A DNA stretch of 64,000 nt from positions 416,001 through 480,000 of the forward strand of contig OZ241362.1 in assembly GCA_965200315.1 (NCBI GenBank), in the 5' to 3' direction. Both the position numbers and the translations under genes were made by a program. Shown piece after piece: positions 38,669-50,311 of this stretch. How positions within the stretch are numbered: the first letter of the stretch is position 1; every line of letters begins with the position of its first letter. The notes under the pieces are model-generated. The model did not search any database, was not told the origin of the DNA, and worked only from the letters and a program-made list of their open reading frames with translations. The stretch comes from Candidatus Latescibacterota bacterium. Its GTDB lineage: Bacteria; Latescibacterota; UBA2968; UBA8231.

Positions 38669-39954
38669 TGCACAGCCTTGAGCGCGTCAAAGTGAATGCG
38701 GAGCGTTTCTTCGATATCCCCTTCCCCGTGTGCGAGTGAGGGGAACATGCATTCGTATTGGGAGGGCGCCAGATAGAGGCCCCGCTCTAGGCAAGCCCAG
38801 AAATAGCGCTTAAAACGCGCCAGATCAACCGGTTCGACGCTGGCAAAATCCACCACCGGATGCGAAGTAAAAAACATGCAGAGCATGGCACCGACTCGGT
38901 TTAGCGCGTAGTTCAAGCCCAATTTTTGCAGATTGTCAGCCATGCCATCTGCCAAATCGGCGCAGCGGCTCTCCAGCGTTTCGTAGATCCCGGGTTCGGA
39001 CAGCATGTTCAATTGCTCCAAGCCCGCGGCCATGGCGAGCGGATTGCCCGATAAGGTGCCGGCCTGCGAAACCTTTATGCCCAGCGGAGACACGTTTTCC
39101 ATGATCTCCCGCTTGCCGCCGTACGCCGCAGCCGGCAAGCCACCCCCGACGATCTTGCCCAAGCACGTCAAATCGGGCATCACCCCATAGCGCTCTTGCG
39201 CCCCGCCCGGGCCGACGCGGAACCCGGTAATGACCTCGTCGAAAATGAGGACGATCCCTTCTGTGTCGGCTATTTGGCGCAGCGCGGGGAGGAAACCCTC
39301 GCGCGGCGGTACGGTTCCCATATTGCCGGCCACCGGCTCGACGATGATGGCGGCGATCTGGCCGCTATTTTCCCGCAAGGCCGCACGCACGGCATCCGCG
39401 TCGTTATACGGCAGCGTCAAGGTCGAATCAACCACGCTTTGCGGCACACCTGGGCTGGTGGGAACCCCCAAGGTCAGGGCCGAAGACCCAGCCTCGCTCA
39501 AGAAGCTGTCCCCATGCCCGTGCCAGCAGCCCTCGAATTTGGCGATTTTGTCACGGCCGGTATGGCCGCGGGCCAAGCGCACGGCCGCCATGGTGGCCTC
39601 GGTCCCCGAACTCACCATCCGCACCATTTCGATGGAGGGCACCATCGCCACAATGCGCTCGGCCAGTGCGGTTTCCAACTCGGTCGGGGCACCGAAACTG
39701 GTCCCCTTGGCGCAGGCTTGCTGCACGGCTTGTACGACGCGAGGATGGGCATGACCGAAAATGAGCGGCCCCCAAGAGCACACGTAGTCAATGTATTCGC
39801 GGCCATCGACATCAAAAATACGCGAACCAGCCCCCCGCTCAATAAATCGAGGACCACCACCCACTGCGCCAAACGCCCGCGCCGGACTGTTTACGCCTCC
39901 GGGAATGACCTGCTGCGCTTGAGCAAAAGCCTTTGCAGAGCTAGATGGCGACAT
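38665..39954 (-). CDS. hemL: Glutamate-1-semialdehyde 2,1-aminomutase
   Basis: IPGGVNSPARAF, SGTEATM, FDEVITGFR, LGKIVGGGLP, GTLSGNPLA. Confidence 0.96.
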   Translation of the reverse strand: MSPSSSAKAFAQAQQVIPGGVNSPARAFGAVGGGPRFIERGAGSRIFDVDGREYIDYVCSWGPLIFGHAHPRVVQAVQQACAKGTSFGAPTELETALAERIVAMVPSIEMVRMVSSGTEATMAAVRLARGHTGRDKIAKFEGCWHGHGDSFLSEAGSSALTLGVPTSPGVPQSVVDSTLTLPYNDADAVRAALRENSGQIAAIIVEPVAGNMGTVPPREGFLPALRQIADTEGIVLIFDEVITGFRVGPGGAQERYGVMPDLTCLGKIVGGGLPAAAYGGKREIMENVSPLGIKVSQAGTLSGNPLAMAAGLEQLNMLSEPGIYETLESRCADLADGMADNLQKLGLNYALNRVGAMLCMFFTSHPVVDFASVEPVDLARFKRYFWACLERGLYLAPSQYECMFPSLAHGEGDIEETLRIHFDALKAVH

Positions 39955-40199
39955 GAGTCTATGCCCTTTTAATCGCGAAACTGGAGCGGCCCACAGAAGA
40001 ATTAGTCGTCGTCATACCGATCAGCGCCATCGTCCTGTGAAAAGAGACATAGCCAACCCTTTTTAAGGTAACACTTTCTACAATTAAGGGGCAAATTCTC
40101 CGAAGCATTCTAACGTTCCGGGTTCGGCCTCTCCAGCGGCTCCCATCCGCTGGGAACGAGGGCGTCTCGCCCTCGAAAGTCCGACGGTGGTTTAGCGCA

Positions 40200-41192
40200 T
40201 CACCGTATCTGTAAAAGCGCGTCCTCTTCCTCTGCTAAACGCTCGAGCACGACCAGCCGATAGAGCCGTCCGCGCTCGGGCAAGCGCAAGTCGGCCAACA
40301 CGGCCAGCGGATACGCTCCGGCCTCTAAGCAGCCGATGAGCGCGTCAAAGTCGGCCACTTGGATAGCAGCGACCCCGCCCCAGCGCAAGACGCGCACCAA
40401 TTCGGCCAGCAGCCCAGCGCAATCGCCCGCAGCAAAGCCGAGTGCATAATCGATGCAGTCCGCTGCTAAAGGCAAGCGATCTGGCGCGGCCACGATTCCG
40501 GCTAGCCCGGGCCTGCTTTCGGCGGGCCGGATCCCCACCAATACACTCGGCTGAAACTGGGACTGCAAGGCGACCAACTCGCTCGGATCGCGGCGCGCCC
40601 ACAGGATGCAGGCACCCGGCGGCATGGCCAACAAGCGGCCCAAGCAATATATCACGGCCTCACTCGGCGCAGCACCTGCCCCCAGCCGCAGCCCCAACAA
40701 GGCGCGTCGCCCGGTTAGTTGTACGTGAAGGCGCAGCAGGTGCGGCCCTTTGCCCAAGCGCAACCCGTGCTCGTCGCGCAAAACCGCCGCCACGGCCGCG
40801 GTCAGCTCGGCCGTGCTGAACCGATACCGGCCGCGCAGCGTCGCGCTCAAAGAAAAAGCGTGGGTGTCGATCTTAGTGGATTGGACCTGCGCGAGACTTT
40901 TGACCGAGGTCAGATCGCAGCGGGCGATGCGTTTGCAGATGTACTCAAGGCCGGGTCGCCCCACTGTAACGCCGTGCATCTGGCTGATTAAACCAGCGCA
41001 CTGCACAGCCGAGCGCAGTTGTAGCAGCCGCCCCGGGCTGCGCTTGTACGTAAAGAAAATCTGCCCCACGCGCCCGCCCGGTTCAACTTCGACCTGCTGC
41101 ACCTCGGGCACGTGCTCGCGCAATTCGTCGAGTGCCACTGCCTCCAACCCGCTCGGCACTGCGATCCAATAGCGATAGATTTTGTCGGCCAT
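40200..41192 (-). CDS. THUMP-like/degenerate RNA methyltransferase family protein
   Basis: N-terminal VPSGLEAVALDEL typical of THUMP methylases; C-terminal ELVRVLRWGG; SAM motif not clear. Confidence 0.5.
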   Translation of the reverse strand: MADKIYRYWIAVPSGLEAVALDELREHVPEVQQVEVEPGGRVGQIFFTYKRSPGRLLQLRSAVQCAGLISQMHGVTVGRPGLEYICKRIARCDLTSVKSLAQVQSTKIDTHAFSLSATLRGRYRFSTAELTAAVAAVLRDEHGLRLGKGPHLLRLHVQLTGRRALLGLRLGAGAAPSEAVIYCLGRLLAMPPGACILWARRDPSELVALQSQFQPSVLVGIRPAESRPGLAGIVAAPDRLPLAADCIDYALGFAAGDCAGLLAELVRVLRWGGVAAIQVADFDALIGCLEAGAYPLAVLADLRLPERGRLYRLVVLERLAEEEDALLQIR

Positions 41193-42475
41193 TACTCGGC
41201 GCGTCCGGTGGGCACAAGCGGCATCGCGCTCAGGTTCGCCGGCGACAAGCAGCTTTCCAGCACTTCGAGGATGTCGCCGACTGCGACCTGCTCGTGTACG
41301 TCAAAATAGACGCTGGGGGACGCCCCACTCACCGCGGCCGCGCAAAGCATATCGGCCACATCCTCGGCTTGCTCCCACGCGCGCAGCAGCAGGCCGTAGG
41401 CTTTGCGCTTGGCGCGGCCCAAATCTGCGGCCACCACGCGCTCGTCTAGGCTGGCCAATGCGGCGTTTATTTCCGCGCACAATCGCTCGCTCTGCTGGGT
41501 ATATCCGCCCACCGTACAAAAGCAGAACGTCGGCTCGGCATAGACCTCGGCCCCAAAGGTATCGCCGTCTATCAGGCCGTCTTGGTAGTGCGCGGCAAAA
41601 AAATCGCTCGCTGGCCCCAAGGCAATGTCCAAGGCCAACTCCAAGGCCAATTCCCGCAAGAGCAAGTCGCGGCCCGACCGGCCGGCCTTGTCATCGCCGA
41701 AAAACAGCAAGGTATAGGGTCGGCTGACCGGCAGGGCCAAGGCCCCAAGCGGCTGCGGAGTGGGCAATACCACTGGGCGTTCCACTCGGTCCCATGCGGA
41801 GCGCGGCCGCCTGTACTTTAACAAAGTGGACTCGACGGCCGCGTAAGTGGTCTCTACGTCGAAATCCCCGCACAAGTACAGCCCCATGTATTCGGGCCGA
41901 TAAAATACCTCGTGGCAACGAGTTAGCGTGTCCTCGTCAATCTGCCCGATGCTCTCCCGTGTGCCAGCCATATCCCAAGCCAAGGGACCATTCTGGTATA
42001 GCCCCTCAAGACCGTGCAAAAACCCGATCCACTCCGGGTCGTCGCAGCTTATCTGGAGCTCGCGGTCGATGATTTCGCGCTCCTGAGCGACGTCTTGCGG
42101 CTGGACATGCAGGTCCAATGCAAGTTCAAACAGCAACGCTAGGTGGGCGGCAAAATGCTCAATACACGTCAGAGAAAAGACGGTTGAAGTAAAACTGGTG
42201 CTGGCGTTTATGTCGCCGCCGAGGCGATTGATTTGCTCGGTGATGTCGCCGTAAGTTTTGGCAAAAAGGCGGTGTTCGAGAAAGTGCGCGGTTCCAGCCG
42301 GCGTGGTCTGTATCTGCCCGGATCTGCGGGCGCGCAAGTGCAGATCGACCGAACCGTAGTCTATGTACAGCACGGCCGCTTTTTGCCGACTGCCCGGTCG
42401 CGGTACTGCCCACACGTCGAGGCCGCCCAAGCGGCTGCGGTACACCCCTTCCCCCCAAAGCGCATCTGCGATCAC
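41192..42475 (-). CDS. M16 zinc peptidase (YmfH-like)
   Basis: PAGTAHFLEHRLF (HxxEH), NASTSF, EREII..E. Confidence 0.88.
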   Translation of the reverse strand: MIADALWGEGVYRSRLGGLDVWAVPRPGSRQKAAVLYIDYGSVDLHLRARRSGQIQTTPAGTAHFLEHRLFAKTYGDITEQINRLGGDINASTSFTSTVFSLTCIEHFAAHLALLFELALDLHVQPQDVAQEREIIDRELQISCDDPEWIGFLHGLEGLYQNGPLAWDMAGTRESIGQIDEDTLTRCHEVFYRPEYMGLYLCGDFDVETTYAAVESTLLKYRRPRSAWDRVERPVVLPTPQPLGALALPVSRPYTLLFFGDDKAGRSGRDLLLRELALELALDIALGPASDFFAAHYQDGLIDGDTFGAEVYAEPTFCFCTVGGYTQQSERLCAEINAALASLDERVVAADLGRAKRKAYGLLLRAWEQAEDVADMLCAAAVSGASPSVYFDVHEQVAVGDILEVLESCLSPANLSAMPLVPTGRAE

Positions 42476-42479
42476 GGTC

Positions 42480-43748
42480 TCACGTCCCGTGCAATAAAAA
42501 GGCCGTGTCTGCTACAATGCCACCGGCCACGCGGGTTAGGTCCTCAACGCCGACTTGCTCGATGCGCTGCCATAGCGTTTCCGGGGACTGGCTGCCCCCT
42601 ATCAGTCCCTCGCGCAACTGATAGCGAAAAAAGCCCTCGCGGTCTTCGGCCAACCCCAACAGCCGCGCTCGCAACAAGTGCTGAGCTGCTTCGATCTCAC
42701 GGCAATCAAAGGCCCCTGCGCGCAGCGACTGGAGTTCCTGTTCCACCTTATCCTGGACCTCCGAGTATGCAGTAGCTTCAATGCCTGCGGCCACAAAGAG
42801 CAGTCCGCTCAATGCCTCGATATGCGATGCGATGTAGTAGCACAAGCCTTCTTCTTCGCGGAGGTGCTTGAACAGCCGCGATGGACCATCGCCGCCGAGC
42901 ATTAGGTTTAGGAGTGCCAAAGCCGGATAGTCGTCGGTGCCGTCCGCGCCATAAGCAACTTGAGTGCGATAGCCCAACACTACTTTTGCCTCTCGCACCG
43001 CTTGGCATTCAAAAACTTCGCGCGGCGGTCCAGCACGGCGCGGGCGCAGTAGCGGGGGCGGAGGCTGGCTCGCCCGCTCCCAAGTAAAGAGCGATTCCAT
43101 CAGGGGCTGAATCTGCTCCAAGCGTACATTGCCGCTTACGAAAAGATCGAGGCGGTCGGCCGCCATCCGCTCGCGGTAGAAAGCCCACAGTTCATCGGCC
43201 CGCACGGCGGCAAAGTCCGCGGGGTTGCCCAGCGGCGACAGGCCCGTGGGTTCGCCTCGGCACATTTCTTCGCGGCATCGCCCTTGGGCGTAGCCCAACT
43301 TGTCGTTAAAGCCATCGGCGATTTGCCGGGCGAGGCGGTGCTTTTCGCGCTCTAGATGGTCGCGTTGGAATCCACTACCATCGCGCAAGACATCGCGCAG
43401 GAAGATCAGGCCGCGCACCAGTATCCCTTTCTCCCCAAGGAAGTTATCATCGATAACCTCTAGGCATAAATGAATAAACTGATACCCGCCTACGCGATCG
43501 ACTTGCACCGAGTAATGCGCTCCGTAGAGGTCGTCGATGAAGCGGTTGAGGCTCTGGATATTGGGCAGTTTGTGCGTACCCCGCGCCAGCAATCGGCTGC
43601 TCAGAGCCACGAGCGAATGTCGCGGCGCACACAGCGGTGTGCTCAGGCACACATCCACCCGGATTGTTTTGTACAGCCCAATGCCGTGCAGATGCAAATA
43701 AACGCCGTCCGCGAGTTGGACGCGGGTGAATTCACCTGCTATGTACAT
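42480..43748 (-). CDS. M16 peptidase-like inactive subunit (YmfF-like)
   Basis: LLARGT, LYGA, LGGDGPSRLFKHLREEEGLCYY; no HxxEH; adjacent to the active partner. Confidence 0.8.
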   Translation of the reverse strand: MYIAGEFTRVQLADGVYLHLHGIGLYKTIRVDVCLSTPLCAPRHSLVALSSRLLARGTHKLPNIQSLNRFIDDLYGAHYSVQVDRVGGYQFIHLCLEVIDDNFLGEKGILVRGLIFLRDVLRDGSGFQRDHLEREKHRLARQIADGFNDKLGYAQGRCREEMCRGEPTGLSPLGNPADFAAVRADELWAFYRERMAADRLDLFVSGNVRLEQIQPLMESLFTWERASQPPPPLLRPRRAGPPREVFECQAVREAKVVLGYRTQVAYGADGTDDYPALALLNLMLGGDGPSRLFKHLREEEGLCYYIASHIEALSGLLFVAAGIEATAYSEVQDKVEQELQSLRAGAFDCREIEAAQHLLRARLLGLAEDREGFFRYQLREGLIGGSQSPETLWQRIEQVGVEDLTRVAGGIVADTAFLLHGT

Positions 43749-43788
43749 TGGCGCACAGTATCCTTCTTGGTTTAGTTTGGCACGCCGC

Positions 43789-44541
43789 ATGAATCCTCTC
43801 GACAACATCCGCGTCGTGCTCGTCGAGCCGGCGACACCCGGCAATATCGGCGCTACGGCTCGCGTGCTCAAAACCACGGGCATAAGCCAGTTGGCCTTGG
43901 TCAATCCCGGGGCATGGGACACGCCCCAAGCGCGCGCCTTTGCCCACGGCGCGGGCGATATTCTCGACGGCAGCCAAGTCTTCTCCAGCCTAGCCGCGGC
44001 CGTAGCCGATTGCCACATCGTCGTCGGCACGACCCATCGACAGGGCCGCTTCCGCGCGGTTACTTCCGAGCCGCACCCGCTGATTGCCCAGCTAGCCTCC
44101 CAAGCACACCGCCGCCGAATCGCCCTCGTGTTCGGACGCGAACGGGACGGCTTGTGGCACGAGGAACTCGCGCTCTGCCACCAAGTGCTGAAGTTCCCCA
44201 CAGCCGTGGCCTATCCCTCCCTCAATCTCTCTCACGCCGTGCTCCTGTTCACCTACGGCCTGTATGCGGCCGTGAGCGAAAAACCACCGGACCCGCCCGT
44301 GCAACTGGCTACGGCTGGCGAGCGCGAGCGCATGTTCGCTCAGATCCTGCAAGCCCTTGCCGAGATAGAGTTTACCCCGTACAACAACAAGCCGGACCAC
44401 TTTGGCCGCGTGTTGCGCCGCTTCTTCAACAAGGTCGATTTGGAAGTGCGCGATGTGCGGGCGATTCAGATGATCTGCGGCCAGATACGCAAGTTCGGCC
44501 GCCGCTATCGCCGCAGTGCCGGGCGTACTGAGGCCGACTGA
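43789..44541 (+). CDS. trmJ: SPOUT tRNA methyltransferase, TrmJ family
   Basis: [38 protein letters not shown]. Confidence 0.85.
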   Translation: MNPLDNIRVVLVEPATPGNIGATARVLKTTGISQLALVNPGAWDTPQARAFAHGAGDILDGSQVFSSLAAAVADCHIVVGTTHRQGRFRAVTSEPHPLIAQLASQAHRRRIALVFGRERDGLWHEELALCHQVLKFPTAVAYPSLNLSHAVLLFTYGLYAAVSEKPPDPPVQLATAGERERMFAQILQALAEIEFTPYNNKPDHFGRVLRRFFNKVDLEVRDVRAIQMICGQIRKFGRRYRRSAGRTEAD

Positions 44542-45503
44542 TGGACCACCTGCTCCAAGTCCCAGTCGACCATCTGCCGGACCATTTCCTCAAAGCCGAC
44601 CTCGGGCTCCCAGCCGAGTTTTTCCCGCGCCTTAGTTGCATCGCCCAACAGGGTATAGACCTCGGCGGGGCGCAAAAAGCGCTCATCCACGACCACGTAT
44701 TGCCGCCAGTCCAAGCCAGCGTGGGCAAAGGCGACCTCGCAGAATTCGCCAATGGTGCGGGAGGTGCCCGTGGCGACGACGTAATCGTCGGGTTCGTCCT
44801 GTTGGAGCATCATCCACATTGCGCGGACAAAGTCGCTCGCATAGCCCCAATCGCGGCGGGAATCGAGGTTGCCGAGGCGCAGCTCTTGGTCTAGCCCGCA
44901 TTTGATGCGGGCTACGCCGTGCGTGATCTTGCGGGTGACGAATTCGAGTCCGCGGCGCGGCGACTCGTGATTGAAGAGAATGCCCGTGCAGGCAAACATA
45001 CCGTAGCTTTCGCGGTAGTTGATGGTGATCCAATGCGCGTAGAGCTTGGACACCCCGTAGGGCGAACGCGGAGAGAACGCCGTTTGCTCGTTCTGCGGCG
45101 TCTCCTGTGCGTTGCCGAATAGCTCGCTGGTGCTGGCTTGGTAAAAGCGGATGTTCTCGTCGCAGGCGCGAATGGCTTCCAAAAGCCGCGTCACGCCCAA
45201 GCCGGTTACTTCGCCGGTCAACATGGGCTGCTCCCAAGAAACTGGCACAAAGGACTGGGCCCCTAAGTTGTACACTTCCTGCGGCCGCGCAGCTTGCAGC
45301 GCCGAAACCAAGGACTTCTGATCCAACAGGTCGCCGGAGATCAGCTCGATTTGATCCTGCAAATGGCCGATTCGCTCGAAATTGACCGTGCTACTGCGGC
45401 GCACCAGCCCAAAGACCTCATAGCCCTTTTCCAGCAGTAATTCGGCCAAGTACGAACCGTCTTGGCCGGTAATGCCAGTGATTAAAGCGCACTTCTGGCT
45501 CAT
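44505..45503 (-). CDS. gmd: GDP-mannose 4,6-dehydratase
   Basis: [44 protein letters not shown]. Confidence 0.95.
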   Translation of the reverse strand: MSQKCALITGITGQDGSYLAELLLEKGYEVFGLVRRSSTVNFERIGHLQDQIELISGDLLDQKSLVSALQAARPQEVYNLGAQSFVPVSWEQPMLTGEVTGLGVTRLLEAIRACDENIRFYQASTSELFGNAQETPQNEQTAFSPRSPYGVSKLYAHWITINYRESYGMFACTGILFNHESPRRGLEFVTRKITHGVARIKCGLDQELRLGNLDSRRDWGYASDFVRAMWMMLQQDEPDDYVVATGTSRTIGEFCEVAFAHAGLDWRQYVVVDERFLRPAEVYTLLGDATKAREKLGWEPEVGFEEMVRQMVDWDLEQVVHQSASVRPALRR

Positions 45504-45504
45504 T

Positions 45505-48357
45505 TCATGCCTCTTGAGAATATGCCGCTACAGGCGGACAGGAACAGATCAGGTTGCGATCGCCCTGCGCGTCGTTCAGTCGCCCGACGGCTGGCCAGAA
45601 CTTGCGCTCCAACAGCCAAGGAGCCGGCAGGGCGGCAACGGCTCTAGAATAGGGCCGATCCCACTCGGCGGCCAGCACGACGTCCAAGGGGTGCGGCGCG
45701 TGGACGAGGGGGTTGTTGGCGCGGTCCATCTCCCCGGCCGCTATTTGCTGGATTTCGCCGCCAATGGCGATCATGGCTTCGCAAAACCGGTCCAATTCGG
45801 CCTTGGACTCGCTTTCGGTAGGTTCGACCATCAGGGTTCCGGCGACTGGGAAGGATACCGTAGGAGCGTGGAACCCGTAATCCATCAACCGCTTGGCCAC
45901 GTCTTCTACGCCAATGCCGTGCGCCCGCGCCCAGCGCAGGTCGAGAATGCACTCGTGGGCCACGCGCCCGTTGCATCCCTTGTACAGCACGGGAAAGGAA
46001 TCCGCGAGGCGGCTGCTCAAATAATTGGCATTGAGGATCGCCACCTGCGTCGCTTCGGTGAGGCCCGCGCCGCCCATCAGCCGCAAGTACGCCCAAGATA
46101 TGAGCAGAATCGAGGCACTACCCCACGGAGCAGCCGCAATGGGGCCGATTGACTCAGCCCCGCCGGTATAGACGAGGGGATGCGAAGGCAAGAACTCCAC
46201 TAAGTGCTCGGCCACCGCTATGGGCCCCATCCCCGGGCCGCCCCCACCATGGGGAATGCAAAAAGTCTTGTGCAAATTCAAATGGCACACGTCAATGCCG
46301 ATTTCCCCAAGCCGGCACAATCCCACCAAGGCATTCATATTGGCCCCGTCCATATAGACCTGACCACCTGCTTGGTGGACGATCGTACAAATTTCGCCGA
46401 TGGCCTCTTCAAACACCCCGTGGGTCGAGGGGTACGTCACCATCAGGGCCGCTAGCCGCTCGCGGTGTGCGACGGCCTTTGCCCGCAGGTCCGCCAAGTC
46501 GATATTGCCCTCGGCGTCACAGGCGACGACGACCACGTCCAAGCCGGCCATAGCCGCGCTGGCCGGGTTCGTCCCGTGAGCCGAGGCCGGAATGAGGCAG
46601 ACGTTCCGTTGGGCCTCCCCGCGCGTTTGGTGGTATTTGCGCACGATGAGTAAGCCGGCGTATTCACCCTGCGAACCCGCGTTGGGTTGCAGCGAAACGC
46701 CCTCAAGGCCGGTGATTTCGCGCAGCATGTCCTCCATTTCGGCGAAAATTACCGCGTACCCTTGGGCTTGCTCTACGGGCGCAAATGGATGCAGCCCAGC
46801 GAATTCGGGCCACGTAATCGCCATCATTTCCGCGGCCGCATTGAGCTTCATGGTACACGAGCCGAGGGGAATCATCGCGTGGACCAAGGACAGATCCTTG
46901 GCTTCGAGCCGACGCATGTAGCGCATCATTTCGGTCTCGGAGTGATGCGATGCAAAGACGGGATGCTCCATAAAGCGCGAGTGGCGGACGTGGACAGGCC
47001 CCCAAGCAGGCTCTGCATCGACTGCGCTGGGCAACTCGCCACCCAGCAAGGTGAGGATAGCTTGCAAATCGGCCTTGTCGGTCGTTTCGTCGAGGGCAAT
47101 GCCCCAGTGCCCGTCCTCCAGATCGCGGAAGTTCATCCCCGCGGCCCGCGCCTGTGCCAATAGCGCATCTCCCCGTGTTCCCACTTCAACGCGCAGTGTG
47201 TCGAAGTACTGGTCGTGGATGACTCGATAGCCGGCTTCCTCTATCCCGCGGGCGAGCGTCCGCGCCTCGCGGTGTATGCGGTGGGCCATGCGCTGCAACC
47301 TATCCGGCCCGTGATACACCGCGTACATGCTCGCCACCACGGCCGGCAAGACTTCGGCTGTGCAGATATTACTCGTCGCCCGTTCTCGTTTGATGTGCTG
47401 TTCGCGGGTTTGCAAGGCCATGCGCAAGGCCGGCTGGCCACGGACATCCTCAGAGACGCCAATGATGCGCCCAGGCATCTGCCGCTGGAACTCGGGCCGC
47501 GTCGCCAAAAAGGCCGCGTGTGGGCCGCCGTATCCCATGGGCATACCAAAGCGCTGCGCGCTCCCGATGGCTGCATCGGCTCCAAACTCCCCAGGAGGTC
47601 GCAGCAAACACAGAGCGAGCAAATCGACGGCCACGCACACGAGCGTCTGCTCGGCGTGAGCCTGAGCGCAGAAATCGGCGTAGTCGTATAGCGCACCGTC
47701 CGAGGCTGGGTACTGGAGCAGAGCGGCGAAGGCTCCAGCCGCAAAATCCCATTCTCGATGATCGCCTACTACAACCTCCCAGCCCCGCGATTCGGCCCGG
47801 ACCTTGACCACCTCTATGGTTTGCGGGTGGCAGGCCGACGAGACAAAGACGCGCTGGCTCGCGTTTTTCTTTTGGACTGCCCGCAGCATGGCAATGGCTT
47901 CGGCCGCGGCCGTGGCTTCGTCCAACAAAGAGGCATTGGCCAAGGCAAAACCCGTCAGGTCGCCGACCATGGTTTGGAAGTTGAGGAGAGCCTCTAGCCG
48001 CCCTTGGGCAATTTCGGACTGGTAGGGAGTGTACTGGGTGTACCAGCCTGGATTCTCCAAGATGTTGCGCTGGATCACCGGAGGAGTTATGCAGTCTGAG
48101 TAACCTAGACCGATAAAACTGCGGTGTATGCGATTCTGGCCGGCCAATTCGCGCAACCTACCCATTAGCTCGTATTCGCTGATGCCTTCACCCAGCGCCA
48201 AGGAGCCTTGCATTCGAATCGCCGCCGGCAGGGCCTCGGCCATGAGGTCGTCCAAGCTGTCGGCCCCTACGGCTGCGAGCATCGCGGTTACATCTGCGTC
48301 CGTGGGGCCGATGTGTCGGCGGACAAAAGCATCGCTAGGTCCAAATTCGTCGCCCAT
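45505..48357 (-). CDS. gcvP: Glycine dehydrogenase (single-chain P protein)
   Basis: [45 protein letters not shown]. Confidence 0.97.
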   Translation of the reverse strand: MGDEFGPSDAFVRRHIGPTDADVTAMLAAVGADSLDDLMAEALPAAIRMQGSLALGEGISEYELMGRLRELAGQNRIHRSFIGLGYSDCITPPVIQRNILENPGWYTQYTPYQSEIAQGRLEALLNFQTMVGDLTGFALANASLLDEATAAAEAIAMLRAVQKKNASQRVFVSSACHPQTIEVVKVRAESRGWEVVVGDHREWDFAAGAFAALLQYPASDGALYDYADFCAQAHAEQTLVCVAVDLLALCLLRPPGEFGADAAIGSAQRFGMPMGYGGPHAAFLATRPEFQRQMPGRIIGVSEDVRGQPALRMALQTREQHIKRERATSNICTAEVLPAVVASMYAVYHGPDRLQRMAHRIHREARTLARGIEEAGYRVIHDQYFDTLRVEVGTRGDALLAQARAAGMNFRDLEDGHWGIALDETTDKADLQAILTLLGGELPSAVDAEPAWGPVHVRHSRFMEHPVFASHHSETEMMRYMRRLEAKDLSLVHAMIPLGSCTMKLNAAAEMMAITWPEFAGLHPFAPVEQAQGYAVIFAEMEDMLREITGLEGVSLQPNAGSQGEYAGLLIVRKYHQTRGEAQRNVCLIPASAHGTNPASAAMAGLDVVVVACDAEGNIDLADLRAKAVAHRERLAALMVTYPSTHGVFEEAIGEICTIVHQAGGQVYMDGANMNALVGLCRLGEIGIDVCHLNLHKTFCIPHGGGGPGMGPIAVAEHLVEFLPSHPLVYTGGAESIGPIAAAPWGSASILLISWAYLRLMGGAGLTEATQVAILNANYLSSRLADSFPVLYKGCNGRVAHECILDLRWARAHGIGVEDVAKRLMDYGFHAPTVSFPVAGTLMVEPTESESKAELDRFCEAMIAIGGEIQQIAAGEMDRANNPLVHAPHPLDVVLAAEWDRPYSRAVAALPAPWLLERKFWPAVGRLNDAQGDRNLICSCPPVAAYSQEA

Positions 48358-48398
48358 GCGCCCTCCATTGCACTGCCTAAAAGCAGCGATTAAAACTT

Positions 48399-49508
48399 TC
48401 AGTCCTTTTTAGGGGCCGAAGGCACAAAGGGCAGCTTGACCACCACGGCGAGTTGCCGCTTGCCCTTCATACCAATGTACACTTGAGTGCCTATTTTTTG
48501 TGCACCGCGCTGTAAATAGGCCAGCCCGATCCCCTGGCCGAGCACCGGAGAGTGCGTCCCACTGGTCACGGTACCCACCTGCTCCTCGCGCTGGTCGAAA
48601 ACTGGGTACTCCGGCCGCGGAATCCCCCTTTCCAGCATGCGGAAGCCACGCAGACGGCGATAGCCTCCGGCCGCTCGCTGCGCCCGCAGCGCCTCGGCAC
48701 CGACAAAATTTGCCTCTTTTTTTAAATCCAAAGTCCAAGACAAACCCGCCTCTAAGGGAGTCGTCTGCTCGTTTAATTCGCGGCCATAGAGGCAAAACCC
48801 CATCTCGAGGCGCAAGGTGTCGCGCGCGCCTAGCCCGCAAGGCTGAGCACCGGCTGCGCGAAATTTGGCCCACAGCGCAGCGACTTGGTCGGCCGGGCAT
48901 ATAATCTCAAACCCGTCTTCTCCGGTGTAACCATTGCGGCTGAGCAAGGCTCGTATCCCGGCGATCTCCATGGCCGCGCAGCGATAGTAGCCCAGCACCA
49001 CGCTAGCCGGTCCAGCGAGTGCTTCGACTAGGGCAGCGGCCTGCGGCCCCTGCACCGCCACCATGCCCTTTTCATCGCTCAAGTCCTCGATTTGCACACC
49101 CGACCACCCCGCTGCACACGCGGTAATCCACTGCCAGTCAATGGCCTTCCGGCTCGCGTTGACCACCAAGAGATACTCCTGTTGTGCGAGCCGGTACACG
49201 ACCAGATCGTCCACGCATCCCCCCTGTTCATTGCACAGCGGCACGTAGAGCATCTGGCCGATGGTCAATTCGCGCACCCGCGCTGGCAAGAGGCTGTCGA
49301 GGAAGGCCAGCCCACGCTCCCCGGAAACGGCGATTCGGCCCATGTGCGATATGTCGAACAGCCCAACCGCTCGGCGCACCGCCCGGTGTTCGCTACGGAT
49401 GCCCTCAAACTGGACCGGCATTTCCCACCCGCCAAAGGGTGCCATGCGACCGCCTTCGGCGACGGCGACTTCATAAAGCGGCGTTCGCCGCAAGCACTCA
49501 TTGGTCAT
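48399..49508 (-). CDS. gcvT: Glycine cleavage aminomethyltransferase T
   Basis: [41 protein letters not shown]. Confidence 0.96.
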   Translation of the reverse strand: MTNECLRRTPLYEVAVAEGGRMAPFGGWEMPVQFEGIRSEHRAVRRAVGLFDISHMGRIAVSGERGLAFLDSLLPARVRELTIGQMLYVPLCNEQGGCVDDLVVYRLAQQEYLLVVNASRKAIDWQWITACAAGWSGVQIEDLSDEKGMVAVQGPQAAALVEALAGPASVVLGYYRCAAMEIAGIRALLSRNGYTGEDGFEIICPADQVAALWAKFRAAGAQPCGLGARDTLRLEMGFCLYGRELNEQTTPLEAGLSWTLDLKKEANFVGAEALRAQRAAGGYRRLRGFRMLERGIPRPEYPVFDQREEQVGTVTSGTHSPVLGQGIGLAYLQRGAQKIGTQVYIGMKGKRQLAVVVKLPFVPSAPKKD

Positions 49509-50148
49509 GGTTGCCTTTTCCCGGCGCGGCACTGACTAACTCGGCCCACAGTGCTTCCGCCTGCGCGGCGAGCGCGGTCAAGCCCTTGTTATTGTCGATG
49601 ACAAAGTCTGCGCGAGCCTTTTTTTCTTGTGGATCCATCTGGCGCACCAGCCGCTGCCTAATCTCGCACCCCGGCAAGCCGCTGCGCTGCTGCACCCTCG
49701 ACACGCACTGTTCCTCCTCAGCATCAACCACCACGATCCGGTCGAAGCTCGCCTCGTTTCCCCACTCGTATATCAGCGGCGCGTCAAATACCACGACTCC
49801 TCCAGCGGCTTTTTTTACAGCCTGCGCCAGCCGGTGCTCTATGGCCGCTGATAGTGGCGGCCGCATAATCGCCTCTAACCGCTGGCTCGCCTCGTCCGCC
49901 CCCAGGGCACGACGCCCCAACTCCCGGCGGTTCAAGCGTCCGTCTGGACCGAGCAGATCGCGGCCAAATGCCGCTTGTAGATTTTCTATCACCGCCGGGA
50001 TTGCCGCCACTTCGCGAGCCACTTCGTCGGCATTGACCCGCAGCGCACCCAACTCGGCAAGCATTTGCGCCAGTGTGGACTTGCCCGCCCCCATGCCGCC
50101 GGTGATGCCTACGAGCACACGTACCTGTGGCCCGCTAGGGCCAAGCAA
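49498..50148 (-). CDS. coaE: Dephospho-CoA kinase
   Basis: GITGGMGAGKST, DAPLIYE, ADFVIDN; start approximate. Confidence 0.92.
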   Translation of the reverse strand: MLGPSGPQVRVLVGITGGMGAGKSTLAQMLAELGALRVNADEVAREVAAIPAVIENLQAAFGRDLLGPDGRLNRRELGRRALGADEASQRLEAIMRPPLSAAIEHRLAQAVKKAAGGVVVFDAPLIYEWGNEASFDRIVVVDAEEEQCVSRVQQRSGLPGCEIRQRLVRQMDPQEKKARADFVIDNNKGLTALAAQAEALWAELVSAAPGKGNHDQ

Positions 50149-50172
50149 CAGAACTCAAAAAATTGTACCACT

Positions 50173-50311
50173 GTGCCTTACAGAGAGTTAAGGGACTGAC
50201 CTTCGGTGGGCAACGACGTGCTGCGAACAAAATAAAATGTACCGCGCCGCCCCAGCGCGGTCAACCAACCTGAAAGGTCCCATGAAGGAACGCTCAAGGG
50301 GGCTGCCGCAC
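50173..50311 (-). ncRNA. Candidate 6S-like rod-shaped RNA
   Basis: Long irregular self-complementarity (GAGCGTT/AACTCTC, GGGAC/GTCCC, GCTG/CAGC) with a TGCCCACC element; strand is a guess. Confidence 0.35.

Noticed and set aside
43749-44201. Long N-terminal extension of the M16 ORF and other long antisense ORFs
   Set aside because: Shadow frames of real opposite-strand genes in GC-rich DNA; better starts with Shine-Dalgarno sequences lie downstream
48358-48398. Missing gcvH between gcvT and gcvP
   Set aside because: gcvH is often encoded elsewhere; absence from this window is uninformative
50170-50285. Glycine riboswitch upstream of coaE-gcvT-gcvP (CTTTCAGG, CACCGAAGG and ACTCTC motifs on the minus strand)
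   Set aside because: The GGAGA(G) elements are missing, the motifs pair in a rod instead, and coaE intervenes; not fully excluded without a covariance-model search
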